Virus record (IMG/VR): IMGVR_UViG_3300005611_000079
Span: 1-37,897 of that record
DNA: 37,897 bases
From: a virus
Lineage: Duplodnaviria; Caudoviricetes
Reading direction: 5' to 3' (one strand)
Below are positions 1 through 7,900 of this stretch, in pieces. A program made the position numbers and the translations under genes. The notes beneath the pieces were generated by a model. That model made no database searches and was not told where the DNA came from. It worked only from the letters and a program-made list of their open reading frames with translations. The first letter of the stretch is position 1, and each line of letters starts with the position of its first letter.

Positions 1-137
1 TTTGCTTGTGAAACGGCTAAGACTTTTTTTCACAAAGTTTTAATCTATATCTTTAGTTTAGATTTCCAAAATAGTCAATGTTTATGGGCTTTTAGACCTT
101 TAAAACCTCTATAAAATATCTAAACCTAATCTATAGA

Positions 138-172
138 TTTGAGCTTGTGAAATGAGTTTTGAGCTTGTGAAA
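138..172. repeat. Tandem direct repeat TTTGAGCTTGTGAAA (2 copies, 20-bp period)
   Basis: Copies at 138-152 and 158-172; partial copy GCTTGTGAAA at 4-13; inverted core TTTCACAA at 28-35. Confidence 0.85.
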
Positions 173-189
173 AATCATTTTATACATAC

Positions 190-207
190 AATGTATAATT
201 ATACATT
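190..207. promoter_or_regulatory. Perfect 18-bp palindrome AATGTATAATTATACATT with TATAAT on both strands
   Basis: Read directly; role as operator or overlapping promoters is inferred. Confidence 0.6.
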
Positions 208-335
208 TTGATTATCTTTAACCACCCCCGAAGCTCGTCCCTCGCTCTATCCACTCCGTGGATAGTCCAATTTGTATTATATATAACCTAGGGGCAGGGT
301 AAAAATCACTGGATTGAAAATGAATCTATTTTAAG

Positions 336-367
336 CTTCCCGCACAATTTTTCCAATGTTTCAATGC
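336..367. repeat. Imperfect 32-bp direct repeat, copy 1 (upstream of TerS-like gene)
   Basis: CTTCCCGCACAATTTTTCCAATGTTTCAATGC matches 854-885 at 25/32 positions by manual alignment. Confidence 0.7.
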
Positions 368-390
368 AAGTTGATTTGCGCACCCTATAG

Positions 391-396
391 TATAAT
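391..396 (+). promoter_or_regulatory. -10 box TATAAT 6 nt before the TerS ATG (leaderless-type)
   Basis: TATAAT-AAACAC-ATG, no Shine-Dalgarno. Confidence 0.6.
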
Positions 397-402
397 AAAC
401 AC

Positions 403-852
403 ATGGATATTGACCATACTAAACAGCTTCCGCCCCCTGTGGAGGATTCCTCATTGGATTCCTTTACTAGCTCTGTGGGTCGTCCGTCGAAATTGGAAGA
501 CTCCAGAGTAGAAGAACTTGTGAAGTGGCTAAAGCTAGGGTATTACATAGAAGATGCTTGTACTATGGCAGGAATTGGTAAAACTACCTACTACAACTGG
601 ATAGCCAAGGCAGAGCAAGAGGAAGGGCCAGAATATGTGGAATTTATGAACGCAGTAAAGAAGGCGCGCGCTGAGGCAGAAGGTGCTCATATCATGAATA
701 TTCGTAAAGCGGCCGATAACGGGGTCTGGCAGGCCTCTGCGTGGTTCCTAGAGCGTTCTCACCCTGTTAAGTGGGGTAAGCGTAACCCAGACCTAATTAA
801 CGAGGAATCAGACGAACCTGTGGAGTTCGATATCAAATATGCTGATGGTTAA
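403..852 (+). CDS. Terminase small subunit-like HTH protein
   Basis: GRPSKL...EDACTMAGIGKTTYYNW helix-turn-helix and C-terminal WQASAWFLER motif typical of small terminase-like proteins; lies upstream of TerL. Confidence 0.7.
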   Translation: MDIDHTKQLPPPVEDSSLDSFTSSVGRPSKLEDSRVEELVKWLKLGYYIEDACTMAGIGKTTYYNWIAKAEQEEGPEYVEFMNAVKKARAEAEGAHIMNIRKAADNGVWQASAWFLERSHPVKWGKRNPDLINEESDEPVEFDIKYADG

Positions 853-853
853 C

Positions 854-885
854 CTTCCCGCCAGATTTTTCTAATATTTCCTTGC
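854..885. repeat. Imperfect 32-bp direct repeat, copy 2 (just after TerS stop)
   Basis: CTTCCCGCCAGATTTTTCTAATATTTCCTTGC; see 336-367. Confidence 0.7.
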
Positions 886-1218
886 GTTTTGACATAGGCA
901 CTTGAATTTCAACAAATTTTTCCGGAGCTATGTTTGTATATATGCTTTTTCCCTCCCGGGACGGATATAGCCCCTCCCCTACCCTAAAATATAAAATTTT
1001 TTTCAAGGACCCTAGGTTTTATAACACTATGCTGTTCTCTTTAGGAGTTATGGCGCGGTGGGGGAGTATTTATATGCTAGTAAGAAGTATCTATGAGTAT
1101 ATATTGCGAGGCTTTATATCTTATGCGTAGTTATATTGCGCATTCCTCTATAGGACCGCCTTCACAACAGGAGATAGCTTTTTGCATATATGCAGGGCAG
1201 TGGGGTGTGTAGCAGTAT

Positions 1219-1259
1219 AAAAGAAAAGACCGGCGCTGGCTTTAACAGAACACCGGTCT
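1219..1259 (-). terminator. Intrinsic terminator-like hairpin on the minus strand
   Basis: Minus strand AGACCGGTGTTCTG-TTAAAGC-CAGCGCCGGTCT followed by TTTCTTTT; long stem with G-U pairs and one bulge. Confidence 0.6.
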
Positions 1260-1286
1260 ATTCAATTTGCGAATTGACTTCAGAAT
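1219..1286 (-). ncRNA. Candidate ~65-nt antisense small RNA
   Basis: Small hairpin TCAATT-CGCA-AATTGA, then the terminator; TG-n-TATATT on the minus strand just upstream; segments complementary to 1376-1388 and 1400-1406. Confidence 0.35.
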
Positions 1287-1356
1287 AAAATATATCATAA
1301 ATAAAAACTTATACAAAACGATTTGCATTATTTTTTTTATTCGCTAGTGTATCTAA

Positions 1357-1530
1357 CTACAAGTAACTACACGCACTGGCTTTCAGAATGAGTGTAGGGT
1401 TCAGAACTTAATCAAGTGGACTAGCCAGACCATAATCGTCCGTTATAGGGACATTCCTCGGCATATTTTAATTTTTGGTTTGGGCGGGGCCGCACAGGGT
1501 TAGCTGTATCTACAACAAGAGAGTTGTGGT
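1357..1530 (+). ncRNA. Candidate structured non-coding RNA or long leader
   Basis: Promoter-like TTGCAT(1323)-16 nt-TAGTGT(1345); successive hairpins CTACAC..GTGTAG, GTCC..GGAC, ACAG..CTGT, CTACAAC..GTTGTGG; no useful ORF; GC above background. Confidence 0.4.
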
Positions 1531-1580
1531 TGGGGCAATAAAAAATAATTTCTTTGGTTGGGTGCTATTATAAAGAAACT

Positions 1581-1772
1581 ATGTCGTTGGATTATATACA
1601 AAATGGAATGAGATTTAAAATCAACGATAATCAAATTACTTACATAAAAAACAAACAAGTGATTGACACTTGGACTCAACCAAATCTAAATCCAAAAGCA
1701 CTAGAACGATATGTGATTGACAGAATGATTTCTTTAGCATACCTTTACAAAGACGAACTTATCCGACTATAA
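1581..1772 (+). CDS. Small hypothetical protein (MSLDYIQNG..., 63 aa)
   Basis: ATG at 1581 lies 9 nt after TG-n-TATTAT; preferred over the TTG at 1554; protein-like composition. Confidence 0.55.
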   Translation: MSLDYIQNGMRFKINDNQITYIKNKQVIDTWTQPNLNPKALERYVIDRMISLAYLYKDELIRL

Positions 1773-1811
1773 TAAAACCTATGGTTTTAGATTTAAGTGT
1801 TAAGATATATT

Positions 1812-1870
1812 TGTCGGCTCCACTAACCGATATCCTCCCATCACTGGCTATTCTTTCGGGGATAGCCTTA
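1812..1870 (+). ncRNA. Candidate small RNA or leader: hairpin, anti-SD (TCCTCCC), UUCG hairpin
   Basis: TG-T-TAAGAT extended -10 at 1798-1806; GTCGG-CTCCACTAA-CCGAT stem-loop; unpaired ATCCTCCCATCACT; GGCTATTCT-TTCG-GGGATAGCC stem. Confidence 0.4.
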
Positions 1871-1895
1871 TCCAAAAGGAGTCCAAGCACACCTA

Positions 1896-2288
1896 ATGGC
1901 TAAAGTTCAATGGGACCCAGAAAATGAAACTTGGGCGGAGTTTAAAAAAAGAAGAAGTGCAAACTCTGGTATATCCGGTATGGGGCAGAAAAAAAGAGAA
2001 GGCACCGGCAAGAAAAATCTTTCAGAGCTACGGGAGAAAGCTTTAAAGAGAGCAAAACATAAATGCGAATGGCCGAACTGCAATTCCAAAAAATGGCTAG
2101 AGATGGCTCACTTACGAGCAAAGGGTATGGGTGGACGCGACAGAAATATATCTGATGACCCAATGAATGTTTGTATTCTTTGTAAACATCATCACGATAT
2201 ATTTGACGGAAGACAACAAGTTGGTTCTAAGTTTGAATATACTGAACTACTCAAAGGATTTCTTATACTACAATGGAGAGTGAAATGA
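1896..2288 (+). CDS. HNH endonuclease (probable terminase-associated, HK97 gp74-like role)
   Basis: CEWPNC...EMAHL..KGMGG...DDPMNVCILCKHHH motif; AGGAG upstream; sits next to the terminase genes. Confidence 0.8.
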   Translation: MAKVQWDPENETWAEFKKRRSANSGISGMGQKKREGTGKKNLSELREKALKRAKHKCEWPNCNSKKWLEMAHLRAKGMGGRDRNISDDPMNVCILCKHHHDIFDGRQQVGSKFEYTELLKGFLILQWRVK

Positions 2289-2563
2289 GTGAAGTATATG
2301 ACGAACTTAAGGAATTTAATCCCGAAGCAATTGTCATTGATGATTTTGAAGAAGCATATCTAGGATTTACAACTAAAGGTATCGCTGTTTATGATTACTA
2401 CACAATGTTAGATATTGTTATAGACGGTATTTTGGAAGATGATGACTGCACAGAAGAAGAAGCAGTTGATAATGCTATTGAACACATAGATTACAATATT
2501 ATATCTGCTTATGTTGGTCCTTATACTCCAATTGTGATGTATAAGGAACTCTATGACGAATAA
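2285..2563 (+). CDS. Acidic hypothetical phage protein
   Basis: ATGA overlap with the HNH stop; DDFEEAYLG...AVYD...EEA...YN..SAYVG..TP pattern recalled from aquatic phage hypotheticals. Confidence 0.7.
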   Translation: MSEVYDELKEFNPEAIVIDDFEEAYLGFTTKGIAVYDYYTMLDIVIDGILEDDDCTEEEAVDNAIEHIDYNIISAYVGPYTPIVMYKELYDE

Positions 2564-3785
2564 GTATGTTCCTAAACTTCCTTCTTTACATAGCGGTCAA
2601 CAAAAAGTAAAAGAATCAGAAGCGCGTTGGAAAATTCTTTGCGCAGGTAGACGATTCGGCAAAACAAGACTTGGTGTTCAATTATGTATGGAAGTAGCTT
2701 TACGCGGAGGTAGAGCTTGGTGGGTAGCACCTACATTTTCAATTGCTAGAGTTGGTTGGCGTGATATCGCCGCTTCTGCAAAATCATTTCCTAGAGAAAT
2801 AGAACCAAAAGTATCTTTGGCTAATATGCAAATTGATTTAGCTAACGGGGGCTCTATTGCTGTAAGGTCTGCTGATAACCCACAAAGACTTCGTGGTGAG
2901 GGTCTTGACTTTCTAGTAATGGACGAAGCTGCATTCGTTAAACCGGAAGTATGGTCAGAAGTTCTTAGACCTACACTTACTGAAAGAAAAGGTTCTGCGT
3001 TATTTATTAGCACTCCTATTGGAAGAGATAACTGGTTTTACAATTTATGGGAGCAAGCAGAAGAAGGAGAAAACTGGGAAAGATTTAGATTTGCTACTAC
3101 TGACAATCCTATGATTGACCCCGAAGAAGTTGAGGCAGCTAGAAAAGAAGTTGGCTCTATTGTTTTTGCACAAGAGTATCTAGCAGAGTTTGTTGACGCA
3201 GGTCAAGGTATGTTAAAGCCCGAATGGATACATTACTTTGCAATTGTTCCAGACGAAGCAGGAAATCTTAAATGCTTAGTTGAAGGCTCAGAATATTATC
3301 TAGCTAACTTAGAAAAGTTTGGAATTGTTGACTTAGCTACTACAACAAATAAAGATTCTGACTTTACTGTAATCACATCATTTGCAAGAACTCCAGACAA
3401 CAGATTACTTGTTATTGATATGACTAGAGCAAAATTAGAAGGTCCAGACATTATTCCAGCGATAAAACGCGCAATAGATAAAAATAAGCTAAAATATGTA
3501 GGTATAGAACGCCAAGGTTTTCAAACCACGATAATCCAGATGGCGCAACGAGCTGGTATTCGTGTGAAAAATCTAAAGACGGATAAAGACAAAGTTACAC
3601 GCGCACTTCCTTTATCTGCTCGCATGGAAGCGGGTGATGTATATTTATTACGAGATACACATTGGTTACCAGAGGTGGAGAGAGAAATTATGACCTTTCC
3701 AGCTGGAGCTCATGATGATATTATTGACACCCTAGCCTACGGCGTACAAATGTTGCAAGAACAAAGAAGCTGGAGCGCGTATTAA
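2553..3785 (+). CDS. terL: Terminase large subunit
   Basis: Walker A GRRFGKT, LRGEGLD, Walker B LVMDEAA, ISTP coupling motif, nuclease motifs GIVDLA and FPAGAHDDIID. Confidence 0.96.
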   Translation: MTNKYVPKLPSLHSGQQKVKESEARWKILCAGRRFGKTRLGVQLCMEVALRGGRAWWVAPTFSIARVGWRDIAASAKSFPREIEPKVSLANMQIDLANGGSIAVRSADNPQRLRGEGLDFLVMDEAAFVKPEVWSEVLRPTLTERKGSALFISTPIGRDNWFYNLWEQAEEGENWERFRFATTDNPMIDPEEVEAARKEVGSIVFAQEYLAEFVDAGQGMLKPEWIHYFAIVPDEAGNLKCLVEGSEYYLANLEKFGIVDLATTTNKDSDFTVITSFARTPDNRLLVIDMTRAKLEGPDIIPAIKRAIDKNKLKYVGIERQGFQTTIIQMAQRAGIRVKNLKTDKDKVTRALPLSARMEAGDVYLLRDTHWLPEVEREIMTFPAGAHDDIIDTLAYGVQMLQEQRSWSAY

Positions 3786-6601
3786 TGGCTGAAGAGAAGT
3801 CAAGATTTTCAAAAGCGTTAGATTGGTTGAATGCACCAACTGACGCAAGAATAAGAAGAGAATCACAACAAAAAGGTTTAATTGTAAACCAATCAGAGTA
3901 TTCATATCTTAATCAAGCAGTTATGGGTTACAACACCCAATCTGGTTATTTCGACCACAAAACACTAGCAGAACTAGGTGACGGAACTGGTAACTCTGCT
4001 GTTATCGCATGTCTTAATGTATTGGCTACTGCATTTGCAGAACCGGGACTTTTAGTTGCTACTAGAAATAATGAAGGTGATTATGCACAAGATATGAACC
4101 ACGAATTAGCAAAACTATTCAGAAGACCTAATCCTTACATGACACAACAGTTGTTAGCAAACTATATTGTTACAGCTTTAAATGCAAACGGCGACGCTTT
4201 TATCTATAAAAACAGAAATGCTAGAGGCGTAGTTGTTGAGCTAGTCCCTCTTATGCCTCACTTGGTTGAAGCAAAAGGAAATGAGAATGAACTTATAACT
4301 CATTATAACTATCAACCACAAGGCGGTGTACAGGGGGAAGATACTGTACGCATAGAAAAAGCAGATATGGTTCACTTACGCCAAAATGTTGACCCTAATA
4401 ATATGAGGCGTGGTCTTGCTCCACTTAGAGGCGTTCTAAGAGAGATAGCAGGAGACGAAGCAGCAGGACAATACACTGCGGCTTTATTACATAATATGGC
4501 GGTACCCGGAGTAATTCTCTCACCAAGAGATGATGCTATGGGTGGCCCAACGAGAGAAGAAGCTGAAGCTATTGCAGATATGTATAAGCAAAAGTTTGGT
4601 GGTAAGAACAGAGGTGCGCCTATGGTCTTATCCGGTGCTATGAATGTTGAAATAGTATCTTTCTCTCCAGACCAAATGAAGTTAGCTGAATTAAGAAGAA
4701 TCCCAGAAGAAAGAGTGTCAGCAGTTCTTGGCGTTCCAGCAGTGCTTGCCGGCCTCGGAGCTGGATTGGATTCGGCGACTTATTCAAATACAAAAGAACT
4801 TAGAGAGTTCTTTACCGAGTCAAAAATGGTCCCAATGTGGAACATGGTTGCGCAAGAACTGACTCATCAATTGTTACGACCAGAGTTCGGCGGAAATGAT
4901 AATCAATACGCAGAGTTTGATATCAGTAATGTTAGAGCACTAGCTGATGACAAAGACAACCTCTATAAACGCATGAATACTGCTGTTCAAGGAGGTTGGG
5001 TAACAATTGGCGAAGCAAGAAAAGTAGTTGGTTTAGAGGCTGATGATAGACATGATGTTTATTTAAGACCTCTTAACATGATTCAAGTTACAGAAGATGG
5101 TTCTCCACTTCTAAATGACCAACCTACTAATGAACCTGCACCGGCAAATAACAATGATGACGAAGAACCTGCACCCGAAGATGACGAGAGTAAGTTAACT
5201 ACTATTGATTTACCGCCAGAGGTAGAAAGAGAAGATGTTGTTAAACCAACACCTACTTATCTCAATGAAGAAAAATATATTGCAGAAATGCCTAATGGTG
5301 CTTTCTGTGTTATAAGCCATGAAGATGGTGAAATAATAAAATGCTTTGATACAAGAGCAGAAGCAGAAAACTTTTTAAACAACAAAAAAGAACCAGCTGC
5401 TTTGATGAAAGATACTTACACAACTATTGAAGAAGCACAAGAGAGAGCTAAAGAATTAGGTTGTGAAGGTACACATTACATTGAAGTAGACGGAGATAAA
5501 TTTTATATGGCTTGCGCTACACATCAAGATTATTTAGACGCAGTCTACAAACCTAAAAAAGACGGAGAAATAGAAGAACTTAAAGTATCCCTAGAAGAAG
5601 CAGAAGCGATGTACGAAAAAGGTGATAAATTACACAGTCCAGAAGAAAAAGCACCTAGCAAAACAAACTTTCCTAGAAGTGGAGATAATCAAAAAATAAG
5701 TTTATCTAACTCTCAACACCCACAATTTCCAAGCTACGCTTATGTTAAAGATTTAAAAGAGAACTGGCCAGAAATTTGGAGAAGAGCAGGTACCGGCGGT
5801 AACCCTCCTACTTCATTTACTGGTAATGACGCTTTTAATAGATGGACAGCGTATAAAGGTGGAGATAGAAGCGAATCAGTTCTTAACTGGGTTAAGAGAA
5901 GAGAACGCTTTATGAATCGTCATAAGAAAAATAATAGACTTAACGGCATTATTGCAGTTATGAAGTGGGGCGGAGTAACAGCTGGTGGAGTTTCACAAAT
6001 GAAGTCTGTTGTAAATGACTACAAAAAAGTTATTAGAGAAAGAAGAAAAAAATCTCTTGATTATGCAGAGGAATATTTATTAAAAGCAATATCTGACCAA
6101 GCTAGAGCAGGTCTTACTAGAAAAGTAGAAGACCATAATAAAAATAATCCTACTTATAGAGCAACACTTCGTATGCTAATTGCGGTATATAACAGAGGAA
6201 TAGGTGCTTATAGAACAAATCCGGGTTCAGTAAGAGGTAATGTTAGTTCAGCAGAGCAATGGGCAATGGCTAGAGTTAATGGCTTTTTAAGAGCATTGAG
6301 AACAGGTAAATTTAGAAGAAAGCCTTATGACCAAGACTTGTTGCCTAGCTCACATCCATTGTCATCAAAAAAATCTGGTAACAAAGCAGAATCAGTAAGA
6401 GTAGGTCAAGCTGTAAGCTGGTCAATCAACAAAGAACCAGACCCACCTTCAGTTGTGCATGGTATTGTAACATCAGTAAATGATGATGAAGCCACAATGG
6501 AAGTATGGGCTAGATTAGAAAATGGCGACCATAAAAAGACTGATAGAAAAGTCACTATGCCAATTTCAAAGCTAAGAATAATATCAGACTTTAGACAATA
6601 A
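3785..6601 (+). CDS. HK97-family portal protein with ~500-aa multi-domain C-terminal extension
   Basis: AVIACLNVLA, RPNPYMT, NGDAFI, GLAPL, GVP, YSN and GWVTIGEAR portal motifs in the first ~435 aa; ORF continues to 938 aa. Confidence 0.93.
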   Translation: MAEEKSRFSKALDWLNAPTDARIRRESQQKGLIVNQSEYSYLNQAVMGYNTQSGYFDHKTLAELGDGTGNSAVIACLNVLATAFAEPGLLVATRNNEGDYAQDMNHELAKLFRRPNPYMTQQLLANYIVTALNANGDAFIYKNRNARGVVVELVPLMPHLVEAKGNENELITHYNYQPQGGVQGEDTVRIEKADMVHLRQNVDPNNMRRGLAPLRGVLREIAGDEAAGQYTAALLHNMAVPGVILSPRDDAMGGPTREEAEAIADMYKQKFGGKNRGAPMVLSGAMNVEIVSFSPDQMKLAELRRIPEERVSAVLGVPAVLAGLGAGLDSATYSNTKELREFFTESKMVPMWNMVAQELTHQLLRPEFGGNDNQYAEFDISNVRALADDKDNLYKRMNTAVQGGWVTIGEARKVVGLEADDRHDVYLRPLNMIQVTEDGSPLLNDQPTNEPAPANNNDDEEPAPEDDESKLTTIDLPPEVEREDVVKPTPTYLNEEKYIAEMPNGAFCVISHEDGEIIKCFDTRAEAENFLNNKKEPAALMKDTYTTIEEAQERAKELGCEGTHYIEVDGDKFYMACATHQDYLDAVYKPKKDGEIEELKVSLEEAEAMYEKGDKLHSPEEKAPSKTNFPRSGDNQKISLSNSQHPQFPSYAYVKDLKENWPEIWRRAGTGGNPPTSFTGNDAFNRWTAYKGGDRSESVLNWVKRRERFMNRHKKNNRLNGIIAVMKWGGVTAGGVSQMKSVVNDYKKVIRERRKKSLDYAEEYLLKAISDQARAGLTRKVEDHNKNNPTYRATLRMLIAVYNRGIGAYRTNPGSVRGNVSSAEQWAMARVNGFLRALRTGKFRRKPYDQDLLPSSHPLSSKKSGNKAESVRVGQAVSWSINKEPDPPSVVHGIVTSVNDDEATMEVWARLENGDHKKTDRKVTMPISKLRIISDFRQ

Positions 6602-6685
6602 AAAACTAAAATCCGCAATCGTATCATATAATAGTTAAAACGCACATCTGAATAATCTATTGTACAATTTAAGATTGAAGGATGT

Positions 6686-7873
6686 ATGAATAACGAATCT
6701 AAAAATATCGACATAGAGTTAAAAGATGACTCTGGTCAAGTAGAAGCAGTTTTCAGTATATTCAATTCCCTTGACAGTGATGGGGATGTTGTTATGCCGG
6801 GAGCTGTCAAATCTGGTTTTAAAAATAACCAAGTTCCAATGGTATGGTCTCACAAATGGGATATGCCTATTGGAAAAGGAACAATTGCTCAAGACGATGA
6901 TAAAGCAGTGTTCAAAGGTGAGTTTTTTATGGACACCGAGTCTGGTAAAGAAGCTTACAACCTAGTTAAGAATATGGGCGATATGCAACAATGGTCATTC
7001 GGCTATAAAGTTAACGATTCAGATTTTGGTAAGGCAAAAGATAAAGGCGGAGAAGATACAAACGCTAGATATCTAAAAGACCTTACTGTTTACGAAGTCT
7101 CTCCAGTACTTGTTGGAGCAAACCAAGATACATACACATTAGCAATTAAATCTAATACTGAATTATTAAAAGAAATTGCAGATGTCAAAGGTGATGAAAA
7201 AGAAGAACAATCATCTGGATGTGGCGCAAATTGTGGTTGTAGTCAAAAAAGTTATGGAGATGACGAAGAAGAAATGAAATCTTGTAAGTATCACGACGGT
7301 GGTCCTTGCATGAAAATGGAGGATGATAAAAAAGAAATGAAGAGTGAACAAGATTTAGAAGTTTCACAGGAAGACAGCAAGTCTTTCTCTGAAGAAGTCA
7401 TAGATGTGCTTGCTGCATTAGATGACTTAGTAGCCCGAGCAAAAGCAATTGCTATGCTCCGTGGTGAAGATGGTAGGAAATTAGGCGTAAAAGCCACCGA
7501 AGCACTTCGTGCAGTCGCAGACGACTTGAACGACGCTTGGACCGAGATTGATGAGTTCATCGGAAATGTCGGAACTGAGGGTGCTTTGGAGTTAGAAGTA
7601 GAAGAAGAACTTGTGGAAGATGAACAAGCTGAAACAGAAGAGGTAGCTGAGGCTTCAACTGATACTATTGATGTTGAAACTGAAGTCGAAGAAGTTACTG
7701 AGGAAGAAGCACCAGCAGAGGAACCTGCTGTTGAAGAACCGGAAGATGAAGCTGCTGAAGAAGAAACTCCAGAAGATAACACTGATTCCTCTGACGAAGA
7801 GTTTGACGCTGAGTGGGTAAGGGCTCAACAATTAATTGCTGAATCCTTAGCCGAAGAAATAGAAGAAGTATAA
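6686..7873 (+). CDS. HK97-type prohead protease with acidic scaffold-like C-terminal extension
   Basis: DSDGDVVMPGA, WSH...PIG, QWSFGY and YEVSPVLVGAN motifs in the first ~155 aa; long Glu-rich tail. Confidence 0.92.
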   Translation: MNNESKNIDIELKDDSGQVEAVFSIFNSLDSDGDVVMPGAVKSGFKNNQVPMVWSHKWDMPIGKGTIAQDDDKAVFKGEFFMDTESGKEAYNLVKNMGDMQQWSFGYKVNDSDFGKAKDKGGEDTNARYLKDLTVYEVSPVLVGANQDTYTLAIKSNTELLKEIADVKGDEKEEQSSGCGANCGCSQKSYGDDEEEMKSCKYHDGGPCMKMEDDKKEMKSEQDLEVSQEDSKSFSEEVIDVLAALDDLVARAKAIAMLRGEDGRKLGVKATEALRAVADDLNDAWTEIDEFIGNVGTEGALELEVEEELVEDEQAETEEVAEASTDTIDVETEVEEVTEEEAPAEEPAVEEPEDEAAEEETPEDNTDSSDEEFDAEWVRAQQLIAESLAEEIEEV

Positions 7874-7900
7874 GACAAGCAAGATTGGAGAAATCTAAGA

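Noticed and set aside
138-172. Mini-CRISPR array
   Set aside because: Repeats are 15 bp with a 5-bp gap; no spacer-length units and no cas genes.
930-1130. 66-aa + strand ORF
   Set aside because: Atypical composition, no convincing motif, and lies in a low-complexity region that looks non-coding; cannot be fully excluded.
853-1895. tRNA, tmRNA or known ribozyme
   Set aside because: No cloverleaf, T-loop with CCA end, or hammerhead core recognised; kept only as candidate unknown RNAs.
7291-7782. 163-aa Ser-rich minus-strand ORF and the other minus-strand ORFs in the track
   Set aside because: Antisense shadows of biased + strand codons; they overlap well-supported genes.
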